A stretch of 64,000 nt of DNA, taken from Rhizophagus irregularis. Taxonomy: Eukaryota. Below the pieces are notes generated by a model. It did no database searches, was not told the origin of the DNA, and saw only the letters and a list, made by a program, of their open reading frames with translations. Where the stretch lies: NCBI RefSeq assembly GCF_026210795.1, contig NC_089436.1, positions 124,001-188,000 on the forward strand, given 5' to 3'. Shown here in pieces: positions 1-12,399 of this stretch (positions are counted from its first letter, which is position 1; each line of letters opens with the position of its first letter). The position numbers and the translations under genes were made by a program.

Positions 1-2217
1 TGAAAAAAAAGAGGAGTTTTTTTCGACAATTTTATAATAAAAATTTCTTACCCTTATTTAAATCTTAAAAGTCGAATAATATAGGTTACACCACATATTC
101 TCTCCAATTTATCTTTCATTTCCTAAAATGCATGAACACACATTGTCGACGAAACGCCTAATGATGTAATAATGTCTACATGATACAACAGTCAGTGAAA
201 TATATATTATATTAAAACAATGGTGTTATGCGTTAAAAGTGGCGCGGCCGAGGTTTATGTCCGACCTTATGATAATGTTTGATGCATGATGACCAATCAT
301 AATAACTGATATTATAAGACATGCGTAATGTATGGCTTGAAAATGTGGCTTGAAACCAAATTAATTAACTAGTTTCGTCTCAATTGCATTTTACTGAGGT
401 AATTTTCAACTTTCAAAATTGTTGGTATGATTTAATTTATACATCAATATATTAAAAAAATAAATATATTATACAAAGACAATACCAAATATATGAAAAT
501 TATGAAATTTCATATGTTTCGCAACTATTCTACGTTTCAAGAAAAAAAAAGACCAAGACCGAAACGATTTTGAATCATAGTGAGTTGTATACATTTTATT
601 AACTTCGTTAAAATCTACAAATAGAGTATTTATTGGACGGAAGGGTATAATATTAATTTACTAATTTAAAATTAGTATTATACCTATCTAAGTTAGTATA
701 TGCTAAAGGTTATTTCTAGGTGTATGTGACATATCGTTATATCTTTGTTGTATTTTTTACATGAAAGAGCATAAATATACATTGTCATTATTATTATATT
801 AATTTATTTCATACTTTGTTTGTTTTCTAAATATAGTTAGAATAAGTAATTTGTCTGAAACAAGAAATACATGTCATAAAATTTATAATTATTTCTCCGA
901 CATTTTTTTGCGTTGTACTATTTGAAACATTTTAAATATAATTGGATTTACTACGCCACGCATCCATTTAATTTTTTCATTCAAATCTGCTTGGAATTTC
1001 TAGCTTGTAATCGTATCCAAAATACTGTATGTACAATATATTGTACGACGATAAGACGAAATTTACCTTAAAAAGAAACTTTGAATATTTGAGAACGGTT
1101 CACATGGTTAGTCGATAAACATTTTTTTATTCGTCAGAACTTTTAAAGAATACGGCATTTAAACCATATTGTTTTGTTTACTTATAATAATTTGTGAATA
1201 CATCAATTGAGTAACAACTTTAAAAAAATACCATAAATGTTAATTTTTACAACAAATTCTAGAATTTACGGCCATTATTATTCAATTTCCTAATTCCATG
1301 GTTTCGTGTTACTGAAATTATCGCGTGTATTATTATTTTGTATTCTATCCATTCACATAAATAAATTTTTGAATGTTTTTTTTTAAAAAAAAAATGTCGA
1401 GTTTTTTAAATTTTTTTTTCTTTCGTGATATTTTTTTTTTATTTATGTTATTCATTATTTAGGGTAAGTTTAACTTCATTTTTTTTTTAAAAAAAAAATC
1501 ATTATAATTTTTCCCGCATGATATTTATACTTTAAAAGTTAAACAGATAGATCGCCAGCAATTTCTTTTTTTTTCTTTTAAAGTAAATTTTGAAGAAAAT
1601 CTTTTTTACGTATCTTTTTAATTTTTTTTAAAAGATCAAATGATTTTTTTTTTTGTTTTCTTTACTAGTTTAGTTCCTTTTTTTTTTTTTTAATAATTTT
1701 TACTCGTTTAAATCTTTTTCATTAAGGTCGGATGGCGCCTTTTTTTTTAGCGAAAATTGTTTTCCGAAAATAACGGCCGAAAAAGATTTACTCTATTTTC
1801 TGCGCCATATCGAAATTTTTGTAAGTTATTTAAATCCATAAAATCCATAAATTACACGAAAAATCTAAAATAAGCGAAAAATAAAAAAAAAAATTATAAT
1901 CCAGTTCAAAATAATGAACAAAATAATATAACAATAAAAACTCCTAATGTACATTAACTTCTATGGATATATAAATATTACTAGATCATTCTTCTTTTCT
2001 TTTCTTTTCTTTTCTTTTCTTTTCTTTTTTTTGTTTTTGAAAAAAAAAATATTTTTAAATTTTTTTTAACAATTCTTTTTTTTTTTCTTCTATATTTTGT
2101 AGGTAAAAAAAAAGATAGAGAGAATCACGTGATACCTAATAAACAATTTTCCATTACTCACTCTTCATTCTTTTTTCTTTTTTTTGTAAATAATCTTGTA
2201 TAGTTTTATTTAAAATA

Positions 2218-3753
2218 ATGGTATTCGAAAAGAATAAAACATGTATAGGTAAATATACAATCAATTTTTTTGTTTTTAATATACAGTATAATCAATCATT
2301 CACCTTTTTTCTTTACTTAGATTCAATGATAACTAGAAAATATAGACGAAAGAATGAAATAAAAAAACGAAAAGTAAAAAATATAGTTACCCCATTTATA
2401 AAAAATGAGATAAAGAGAACCAAAAGAAAGAGAGTAAAAAAAGAAAACAATAAAAAAGAAAAGAAAATTAATGATGATAATAAAGGAATTATTAAATCAA
2501 CAAATCTTCCAATCAAAACAAAAACTAGTGACAACACTTCTTGTAGTATATCAATTAACAATATAAATTCAACTTTCAATTTACCAACTACAACAAATTT
2601 TCATCCTTCAATACATACTACTTCTTCTCATGAACAATCTTTTTTCACCTCACCAAGTAAAAGTTTCCCTTCTATTCCAACTCAAACTCCTCCATTAATT
2701 CCATCAAATGATGGTAAAGAAATTTCCACGCCTTCGGGAAATAATCCTAAATCTCCGAATACTCCTTCAAATACTTCAAATACTTCAAATACTACTCCTC
2801 CAATTTCTTCTAATGATCAAAGTTCTCATAATAACAATGACAATAAAAATGACAATAAAAATGGAGATAAAAGTGATAATAAAAATGGAGGTAAAAGTGA
2901 CAATAAAAATGGAGGTAAAAGTGACAATAAAAATGGAGATAATAATGAAGAAAATAATAATGGTAATAATAACGATAACAATTCTAAAGGATCTATTGAT
3001 AATAATGAAGAAAATAATAATAATAATAATAACGATAACAATTCTAAAGGGACTATTAAGACTAATAATAACGATAACGATAATAATAATGACGATGATA
3101 ATAATAACAAGGACAACAACAATAATAACGAAGACAATAATGATAGTCAACATTATAGCGATCGTAATTCTCCAACCGTAATAATAATTCCATCCCCAAC
3201 AATATCAACTTTACCTTCTACTAGCGTTTCTCCTACTAAATCTTCAAATCCAAATGGTAAAATATTTAATTCATCTTCGGGTCCTGCTATAACGGGAATG
3301 ATATTTGCAATAATTTTGGCTTTAATTGCAATTGCATTTATAATAAGAAAAACTGTTTATAATAAAAATTATTTTACTAGACAAAATAGACATCATCAAT
3401 TATTGGATAATGAGAGTTGGCCAAATTATAACACCTATGATGTTAATAATATGGAAGTAATGGAAGATAATAACAATAGTAATAATAGTTCTATAAATGC
3501 TTCTATGATGTTAGATAGACCACAAAGGATAATGAATAGGAGATTCTCAAACTTTGATAATATAACAAATGTTAGCACTAGCAATACAGGTTTATTAATA
3601 GATGAGAATGATGATGAATTTTCTTATTCATCTGGTATTAAACAACAAGAACACGAAGAACATGTTAGTGATGATGATAATAATAGTTTAAACATGAGTG
3701 TAGATATTACTCTTCCACCTAAAATAGTTAATTGGGAAGAATGTATGAGATAA
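2218..3753 (+). CDS. Low-complexity Ser/Thr/Pro/Asn-rich single-pass membrane protein (cell-surface sensor/mucin-like architecture)
   Basis: 511-aa ORF with Lys-rich N-terminus, S/T/P- and N/D-rich tracts, one hydrophobic helix (AITGMIFAIILALIAIAFII) followed by RK. Probable in-frame 72-nt intron at 2249-2320 (GTAAAT...TTACTTAG). Confidence 0.7.
   Translation: MVFEKNKTCIGKYTINFFVFNIQYNQSFTFFLYLDSMITRKYRRKNEIKKRKVKNIVTPFIKNEIKRTKRKRVKKENNKKEKKINDDNKGIIKSTNLPIKTKTSDNTSCSISINNINSTFNLPTTTNFHPSIHTTSSHEQSFFTSPSKSFPSIPTQTPPLIPSNDGKEISTPSGNNPKSPNTPSNTSNTSNTTPPISSNDQSSHNNNDNKNDNKNGDKSDNKNGGKSDNKNGGKSDNKNGDNNEENNNGNNNDNNSKGSIDNNEENNNNNNNDNNSKGTIKTNNNDNDNNNDDDNNNKDNNNNNEDNNDSQHYSDRNSPTVIIIPSPTISTLPSTSVSPTKSSNPNGKIFNSSSGPAITGMIFAIILALIAIAFIIRKTVYNKNYFTRQNRHHQLLDNESWPNYNTYDVNNMEVMEDNNNSNNSSINASMMLDRPQRIMNRRFSNFDNITNVSTSNTGLLIDENDDEFSYSSGIKQQEHEEHVSDDDNNSLNMSVDITLPPKIVNWEECMR
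2838..3060 (+). repeat. Coding tandem repeats: 24-nt units (NKNGGKSD) and a 60-nt duplication
   Basis: AATAAAAATGGAG(G/A)TAAAAGTGA repeated ~3-4x; 2941-3000 and 3001-3060 are near-identical. Confidence 0.85.
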
Positions 3754-4233
3754 ATTATATTTCTCCTCGAATAATTACTCAAATTCAGATTGGTACTATA
3801 ATTCCCTATTAGGTTAGGTTATTATGCTTTAAATAGGTGAAATTCAATTTACGATAGGTAAAGTGGTTCAAGGAATCAATTAAAGCAACACAAAATTTTA
3901 AAAATTTCTGACCAAGTTTTGAAGCATCGGCAAAACAGTTCAAATCATTTACCAAATCTAGAAATAAGTAAAATTCGAAAAGTAAAAATAAAGAATATTC
4001 CAGTATCTTATGGATTTATACGAGTAATTTTGATCATTGTCGTTAGTTTCTTGTTCAAAAAATAATAAAGCTCTTGAATTACTTGTCATGTGAAAATCAT
4101 ATGACAAAAAAAGATTTATAAAAGAGAACTCATTTTTTTGGTATTTTATCATGTGAAATAGTGCAATAAAAGTTTTATGCAAAGTAATTAAATAATCACG
4201 TGAAAACTGAACAGTCTACGAGATAAGAAAAAT

Positions 4234-5071
4234 TTAATCCTTTCGAACTACTAAATCTGTTAAATCTACTTCTAATCCAGGCTCAATACAGTGTGGGCTA
4301 GCTCTTTCGAATTGACTAAAAATCGGAAGTTTGAATTTTTTTAAATTAAAAACTTGTAAATTGCATTAAACAATAAGGAAAAATAATAATTATAATATTT
4401 ACTCTGGGTCTTTAAGTCTATAAATAGGAGGCGGTTTAGCTTCTCCAAAAAGAACCCTATAAAATTAAATTAAAAAATTAGATTAATTAATAATAGATTG
4501 TTTTTTGTTAAAAGAAAATAAACTTACTTATCCTTCGCAGCTTCAACAGATAAATAAAGATGCGCCAGATTTCGTCTTTTATACTCAGATTCTGGTATCA
4601 TCAAAGTTTCGATCCACTTTACAACCGTAATTCACAATAACAATAATTAATTTAGAATAAAAAATTGTATCGGATAATTAATTAAATTACCTTTGTTACG
4701 GGATGTTTCTAAATAAAAAAAAGAAAAAAGGAAAATCAATAACATTTGAATAAAAAACTCTTAATAAATAAAATTTAATAATAATATCAATTACCTCTCC
4801 TTTTTTTGTAAAGTATTGGTCAGCCTGATACCATATAAGACCAAATATAACAACACCTAGTGTTCTTCTCCATATAGGAGCACCAAATCCTTTAAATTGC
4901 AAGAATTAATAATTTAGCTAAAAGTTTACAAAGTTTAAAAAAACGTAATTTTATACCTTCTTTAGGGAATTGATGAGAACCAGATTCAGTTGCATAGCTA
5001 CGAACAAATAGTTTTCTTTTAACGGTACGTGAATTAAGGAGTGAAAGACGAGAATTCCAAAAACAGTTCAT
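4234..5071 (-). CDS. Mitochondrial NADH:ubiquinone oxidoreductase 17.8 kDa accessory subunit-like protein (6 exons)
   Basis: Spliced model: Arg/Ser-rich presequence MNCFWNSRLSLLNSRTVKRKLFVRSYATE, TM segment (TLGVVIFGLIWY), C-terminal PPIYRLKDPDQFERASPHCIEPGLEVDLTDL resembling fungal NUO-17.8; GT-AG introns. Confidence 0.7.
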
Positions 5072-5228
5072 ATTTTAAATTTATTATTTCGTTATTTCGA
5101 AATAAAAAATTATTTTATCACACCCTATGTTACACAAAATTTATGGGTAATAAAATGGCATGACTGATAATAATTTACCAGTTATTTTTTTTTCATTCTT
5201 AGTGCAGCCGTTCAAAAAGTTTCTTATA

Positions 5229-5883
5229 ATGAATCAAGCAAGACGTGTAAGGTAAGGATAATAAACATAACTCGGATTTTTCATGTTTATACACTTCCTG
5301 TTAAAATTGTTCTCAATTGTTGTATTTTTAAATGTAGAACTTACAATAACCACCAAAATCGAGCGGCGTTATTTACTGGTGCATCTGCCTCAGGAACCAG
5401 CCCAGCTTTAAGAACCAATACACCTTCTTCTAATTATACTTCAACAAGTCCACATTTAGATTTAGAAAGTCAAAATGACGAAAAAATTGAAGGTTTGACG
5501 GGAAAAGTAATGATATTTAAAGAGGTATGTACAAATGTATCAAATGTATCTATAGTTTTATTATGATTGAATGATTTTAATTGATTTTTTTCGATTATTT
5601 TCAGATTGCATTGAGCATAGGTGAAAGTGTAAAAGAGTCAAATAATCTTATTTCAACTATGGTAAGTATTATTATATTTATTTATATATTATTCGTGTAG
5701 CAGCTAATTGATTCTTTTATAAATATAAAGTCAGATGAATATTCTGGGACAAGCTCATATATTGGTGGTACTATGGATAAGTTAAAACGGTTATCAAATA
5801 CTCAAAGTAGTCATTTCACGTGGTGGTTAATTTTTCTTGTTTTGATAACATTGATATTTTTCTATTATATTTTTTTTCGATGA
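5229..5883 (+). CDS. BET1: ER-Golgi Qc-SNARE Bet1-like (4 exons)
   Basis: Spliced peptide contains NRAALF...LESQNDEKIEGLTGKV...IALSIGESVKESN SNARE motif and a C-terminal TM anchor (WWLIFLVLITLIFFYYIFFR*). Confidence 0.85.
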
Positions 5884-6146
5884 GTTTATTTGAATTAATA
5901 ATTTAACGTATTTTTAGTAATTTAACTATATAGAATTACATTAGAAGATAAAACTAATTAATTTATATGTAATTAAAAGGAATATTTACAAAGAACAATT
6001 TTAATTTAAATAATTTAAATTAAAAAACGAGAAAAATTTATAATAATATAGAAAATAATATTTTTACGCCGAGGTTTTAGAAAATATGTGTAGTAAATTC
6101 ATCGACAAATTAGAATCAGCATATAATAATATAATAATACTAATTC

Positions 6147-7460
6147 TTAATTTTTCTCTTTATTGACTTTTCCTTGAAATAATGTTATATAATAATTATT
6201 ATAATAAAATTTATCAACTTCTTGAGGTTCGGCAAGAGGCATATTACTTCTCCATTTATTTTCTTTGGATCCCGTAAGAATTTTAGCACCCCACTTCTTA
6301 AGTATTTTAACATCTTCAATAGCTTCTTTTTTAGAGTAAGAAGTGAAAGAACATGGCAAATTTTTATCCAACAAACAATCGATTGTTGGTTTCCAAAGCT
6401 CGGTATCATCTTCATATAGGCCTGTGTTAAATCCAACAACCAAGTGAGGTTTATTATAATCTAAAGAAGTGGCAAAATCATGATAAGTCATTGGATACAT
6501 TGAACAAATGCGTTTCCTATTTTCTTCAGTGCATCGAGGACAACATTGCAAGGGAAATCCATTATTTTTCGAAAACATCTCTAACCCAACCATTACAAGT
6601 TGTAGAGATTTGATATTTGTTAATACGTGCATTATTTCTTCAAAAGCCATCAGCGCTAAAAGTTCGTATTGATTTGCACCGGCAAGATGGATTACCATAT
6701 CGTTAATAGAATGTAATTGATCACGATCATAAAATCTTTTAAGAGCTGCAAGAATTGTGAGAGGCAAAGAGAGCGTATTTGTAATGACTCGACAGTAAGA
6801 GTCATGTTGAAGCACATGAGAAGCCTTTCTCCATTTGAAATATTCATTCCAATCTTTTGGCAGTGGAGGATATGATTTATTTTCATCATATTCTTCTGGA
6901 GCCCATAAAGGTTGATCAGGTAGATATCTGATTTTTTCACATTCGAGCATGATCTGATATGTTGCACATAAATCATTATGTTTTGAACGATGTTTTTCCC
7001 AATGATCAGAAGAACAACAAAAGACAACTTGACAATTTGGACATGGGACCAACGTCATTAACTTTTTCAAGTCTCTCGGACATTTAAAACATATTTGACA
7101 TTTTGGTTGGTTCAGCCACGCATGCCTTTCATAGTCAGTTAATTCTCTGTCAAGTACATAACTTAATAATTGCATTTGATAGATCTTGCGTTTGTTCCAT
7201 TCAGATTCTGCACCTTTACATGAATACCAAGCTTCTTCAGTGTTGTTCACTTCTTCAATAGCACTGCAAAATGTTTTATGAAATTGAAAATCGGCCTTTT
7301 GACATTCTTTAGAACAATAATGAAACATTCTACAGCGTGCACAACGTAAAAGAGAAGTTACTCCAGCTTCTTTACAAGTTTTGTGACAATTTGAACAGGC
7401 AGTGCCTGCTATTTGAAGATATGTTTTTCTCTTTTTAAGTTCCTCTTCTCTAGTAGTCAT
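6147..7460 (-). CDS. MYND zinc-finger protein with Mss51/ZMYND15-like C-terminal domain (intronless)
   Basis: Two MYND-type Cys clusters (CSNC...CARC...YCSKECQKADF...HKTFC; CQIC...CPNC...CCSSDHW...H) plus TLSLPLTIL, IHLAGA, PHLVVGFNTG, W..TI..LL....P..FTSYS motifs. Confidence 0.85.
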   Translation of the reverse strand: MTTREEELKKRKTYLQIAGTACSNCHKTCKEAGVTSLLRCARCRMFHYCSKECQKADFQFHKTFCSAIEEVNNTEEAWYSCKGAESEWNKRKIYQMQLLSYVLDRELTDYERHAWLNQPKCQICFKCPRDLKKLMTLVPCPNCQVVFCCSSDHWEKHRSKHNDLCATYQIMLECEKIRYLPDQPLWAPEEYDENKSYPPLPKDWNEYFKWRKASHVLQHDSYCRVITNTLSLPLTILAALKRFYDRDQLHSINDMVIHLAGANQYELLALMAFEEIMHVLTNIKSLQLVMVGLEMFSKNNGFPLQCCPRCTEENRKRICSMYPMTYHDFATSLDYNKPHLVVGFNTGLYEDDTELWKPTIDCLLDKNLPCSFTSYSKKEAIEDVKILKKWGAKILTGSKENKWRSNMPLAEPQEVDKFYYNNYYITLFQGKVNKEKN

Positions 7461-7691
7461 GTTACGTATTTAAAAAAAAAAAGCTTTTTTGTTCATATAT
7501 GCAACCATTCATGCAAAAAATTTATTATGGTAAAAGATCAACTATGAAACATTTTCATGTTTGGTAGATTTCAAGAATAAATTAATTACTATTACTTTAT
7601 AAATTATTTGTTACATACAATTTCAATATGAACGATTTACAAATACAAAATTTCGAACAAACAAAAATAATTAGACATTAAATACATAGGC

Positions 7692-10600
7692 TTAGAAAGA
7701 TTTACTTAATTGTAATGAAGTAATATTATCTTTATCTACTGGAACAACAGGTGGAAGTTCTACATTTTTTGGTTTAATGTCAGTATTATATACCCTACTT
7801 TTATAATAGGAAAGTGCTACATCGAGAGGCAAATGATCCGTAAGGTTTCTAAGATTGGTAATAAGTGTTTGTCATTGTCAATTTGCGTGTCAAAAAAAAT
7901 TTTTTTCAATAAAAGATTATAATTTCTTACATTCTAGGAGCTACATTCAAACAATGTCTAGCATCTAGACGTAAATCCAAAATGTTGGGATCATGCGCAC
8001 CGGGGCTGAATGCTACTCGTAAAGAATATTCCTTGTCGCCGGACAACCCGCGATGACGCTCGTATAGTTCAAAAGTTATTTGGGTGAGATCTTAATAAGT
8101 AGAAATTGGCGCAACATTAAAGCGTTAATAGTCTTAATAATAAGTTTCCCTGGTTAAATTATTTGTGATATTTACAATCGAGTTCCGGTATTTTATTCTT
8201 GGAAATTCGTGTAGGAAGACCGGACAAGAATACAACATTTAAAAGGGTATGAACATGAGATTCTAATAAAGAAAAAATATATTATTACAAAAAAAAGCGT
8301 AAATCAACTATATCACTATAGATTATACCTTTAGTAAAATACAATCTTGTACATGGAGTTGGACTTGTTTTTGATTCCTTTATGAAATTTATCAAAGAAA
8401 AAAAGAAAAAAAAAATTAAATAAATTTCACGCGTCCGGTTATGATATAATATTATTATAATAAGTATTAATAATTCATTTACCTCCAAATTCTTAATAAT
8501 GTCTTGTATCAAACTTTTCGAAGTCAAAAGTCCAATTTGAAGTTTATCCTCATTAGTTATACCATACTCTTGTGGTGCTACGAAATCAAACAATATTTTG
8601 GCCATATGATATAATTTCTTAACTTTGGAGGCACTATTACCCTCTGATTGTTTCACGAAAATAGTTTCTAAAAATTGTCGATTGTGCAAAGCATCATATT
8701 TGATACTATCATATAATTCCGATACTTTGCTAGGATCAAATTTTTTTCGTTCTACGTCACAAAAATCTTCAAACAACTTTTCCCATCTCTCCTTGAACAA
8801 ATTTGGATTTTCTGAACAACACCATCGAAGTTGTATTGATTCAACATCCATTGTATTGAAGTTTTCTCTCATAATCTCACGTAGTTCTTTCATCAGTTCT
8901 ATCGCTTCTTGAACTACTATACGTGGTTCCGGAACATCGTCGGGCCATATAGCATTGATCTTTGTAGATTCACCAGGTTTTAAAAGAGTACATAATTGGC
9001 TTTTTGCAGCATCCATTTGTTCTTTTGCCGCATTACTATCATCCAACATTTCCTTTCGCATTTCAATAATCCCTTCTGGAATATATTCGATGTCTAAAAA
9101 TGCTCTGGAGAATATATCAGCTTAGAAAATTATAGAAAAAAAAAAATTTTTTTTTAATAATTATAATAATTTATTAATATAATCATGTATATATTTCCTA
9201 TATTGTTTTGTTATAAAACTTAATTTTGCAATTATAACTTTTCACAGACTTCTGATAACTTTTTTTTCTTTCTTTCTTAAATAATAAGGAAAATAAGAAA
9301 TTTTTAATACATTAACATTATATAATATGAAATGTTAATATGAACCAATAATTTGTTGTCAGGGCAAAGATCACTTTTAATTTCTTATCTTCTCATCATA
9401 TATAGTTTCAAAAGAAAAAAAAATACCGACATTGTTGAATTTAATCTTAATTTGATAATTATGTTACTTATAGGTATTGCAAAACAAATTCTAATATTTC
9501 CTCAAAACAACTAAGGAATAATAAATATTAAACTTTAACATACCGGTAGCACTGACCCTCCTTTCTGAACTAGTATACATTTTAACATCATCAAACACGC
9601 TCCTGTTCATTATCAGAAGATCTTTACGTAAGTTCTCTCCAAGATCTCGCGATTGATAGAGAGCAGAATGTGTGAACTGTCAAAGTAAAACATTTATTAG
9701 AGTGAGATGATTTTCAGAACTCAAAGTTCATTCATTGATTGACTAACCTCACCACCCCACTTGACAATAAGTTGAAGTTTGACGAAAGACTGATCCTCTT
9801 TACTATAAGTTGGTTTGATCTGCACTTTGGTTCCGGGTAAGTCCCTTTTCATTCGTAAAATTAAGCTAAGCTGTTCCAATTTTACCATATCTTCACATTG
9901 TAATTGGATAGCTTTGCGTGTAGCTTCAGCAACTTCTTGTAGTTCATAATCTTTACGTAAGATAACTTCGTCCTCTTTATCACCTAATAATACTATAAAT
10001 GGTTGGCTGCGAAAAGTAAATTTTATCTTTTGCTTTGGAGTGCGATCAGCATGTCGAAGAACTGATATAAATGATTTAAGTCGCCACGAATTCTCAAATC
10101 TAAGTTCATTTGGTATGGAATCAATGCTGACCTTGCGCTTTCGAACTGCAGTCATAAACATTGTTCTCAAAATACGCGCACAGTTAATATAATATTCATC
10201 ATTTCCTTTTACGAACGACCAACCATTAACATCAATGACATATGATTCTCCATGAACTCGAAGTAAATCGAATCCACACACAACTTGTCCGAAAGCAGTG
10301 CAGATATCACTCGCCATTTTCTTTTCTTCTGGTGTAAGTGTCGTAATATAACGAACTTCTTTACCATCATTATTCCTTCTTACAAGTCCATCTACCACAG
10401 GTGATTTTCGTGTTTCAGCGTGAGCATAATTAGGACCGATTGTGTATATTTTAACATCTTCTGCATTGTCAACGTCCATAAATTTTTCATAGATGAATGA
10501 ACCTCCAGTTCGAAACAATGACAAATTTGGATCAAATTCACTTGACTTGTTGGCAACCTTACGGAATAAGCGACGGCCACCACCTCCCATTTCTGATGGA

Positions 10601-11358
10601 TAATAAATATGAATATTATGGTCTTCGCCGCTAATTGGTTTTTCAACAAAAGGTTTTCGTAGAGTTTCACCATTGACACTAATTGTATCTTGATCAATCA
10701 TTTCGACAACGGCTGGAGGACATGAAAGATTGTCAACATCATTACCTAAATATTTTCTTAATTTCTCTCTCACATAAGAATCACATTTTGGCCCTCCATC
10801 TCGACTAGCAGTAAGGCGTTTTGGTGTAGGTGTTCCTAAAGCATCCAACAATTTCAATACAAGGCGTCTGTCCCAAAGAATTCGTTGCATAGGAAGATCA
10901 TTGACACAAAATGGTTTACGTAAATTTACATATTCAATGGTTTTGTCTAAGGGAAAACCTGTTGAAAAAAATGATATAAAAAAATCGCAGACTGGCCAAT
11001 TCTCGACGTCTATATAGGAAAAATAAAAAAGTAATAAATACACAATTACACAGAATGCATGCTTTATAAAAGTACTAACCTTCGTCAAGTATAACTTTGT
11101 CACCAAATATAACCGTTTCGAACTCTTCAAAAGTAAGTAATTTATTCAAAATGTTTCTCATGGGCTTTGATCTTGCTTTGTTATCCATGGCACAGACACC
11201 GATAACATCTAAAACAGTAGAAAACAGTTTTACCAATTTATGTAAAGAAACACCAAACCGTTTTTGTACTTCTTACATTTTGTCCTCATAGTTGAAGTAA
11301 AAGATGGCAATGAGGTAGAAGCCGGAAATGAAACTTCTGAAAATGACTTCGAAGCCAT
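7692..11358 (-). CDS. VIP1: Inositol hexakisphosphate / diphosphoinositol-pentakisphosphate kinase (Vip1/Asp1/PPIP5K), multi-exon
   Basis: [72 protein letters not shown] kinase motifs; [10 protein letters not shown] histidine-phosphatase motif; RLYFTKESH and PELDYLTQI.FELYER. 5' end tentative. Confidence 0.95.
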
Positions 11359-12399
11359 ATCTCCTAATTTTCAATATTAAGGTAGAAAGTTAAGTGATGT
11401 CCATATATTCAAGAAGTTTAAATATGCTAGATACGGTAATATTTTTGGCCTGATCAAATTTGGATAAAGGTTTTCAAATTTTGTTGTGAAATTAAAAATC
11501 AATCTAAATACGTTAATTCTTAATACGTGAACGGTTAACTAAATAAGTTAGGTATTGTTTCGGTCTTGTCCAAATAGATCTACAAGATTTCCGCCAATCT
11601 GATATTTCTAAATTAGTTTCGGATTTTTTTTATACACCTAAATCAATGAAAATTCGTACCCTTTCAAAAAATTGACCATTTCACCCGTAAATGTTCCAAA
11701 AGTAAAAAGAGAAAAAATTTGTCTTAAAAGCGGTATAAGATTCGGATAATGTTAAAAGACCAGGTACTTATTCTGTGATAGGAAAATATTATTAGTTCCT
11801 TATAAATCTAAGCATCAGGACTCAGTAGCGGGATAGCTTACTAGATTAGGTATAACTTTTAAGAAAAATGTTACCAAATGTTCAGTAATTGCCTTATTGG
11901 ATCCAAGCATTTCGTTGATTTTCTTTATTAAATTGATTTGTTGAGTAGAGAGATGTAGCTGCAACTCGCAACTCGCAACTTTAAGTTTTATATATAGCCG
12001 TAATTCCGCAACTATTTAAAAACAGTTGAGGCCAACCTTATTTGCGAGTTAATAAAACCTTATACAATATTTATAATAGGAAGAGTTTGCATGTATGTTG
12101 AAACCTGAAGGTGGATTATATTTGAGAATAAAAAGAAATGAGTAGGAAACATTACACAATCTTATTAAAAATATGAAAAGATGTACGAAAACTGCATTTT
12201 CTTCGGTTTACAGTTTGAAAAAAAAACCAATTAGTTTTAACAAAGGAATGATCTGGAAGTATAACTTGCATCACTTGTTTAGATAGTTATAAAATCATTA
12301 ATCTTAAATGCATATTATTATTTATTATCAGTTTTAAATAGATTTACTAATATTTTAAATCTAAGTACATTATTATAAATATAGTCATAGTTATAATAT

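Noticed and set aside
2313..3181. Hydrophobic Ile/Leu-rich ORFs in alternative frames
   Set aside because: Shadow frames of the AAT/GAT-rich low-complexity coding region.
9355..9405. Box C/D snoRNA in the VIP1 intron (ATGATGA...CTGA on the minus strand)
   Set aside because: Boxes are only ~30 nt apart, with no terminal stem, second D box or recognisable rRNA guide.
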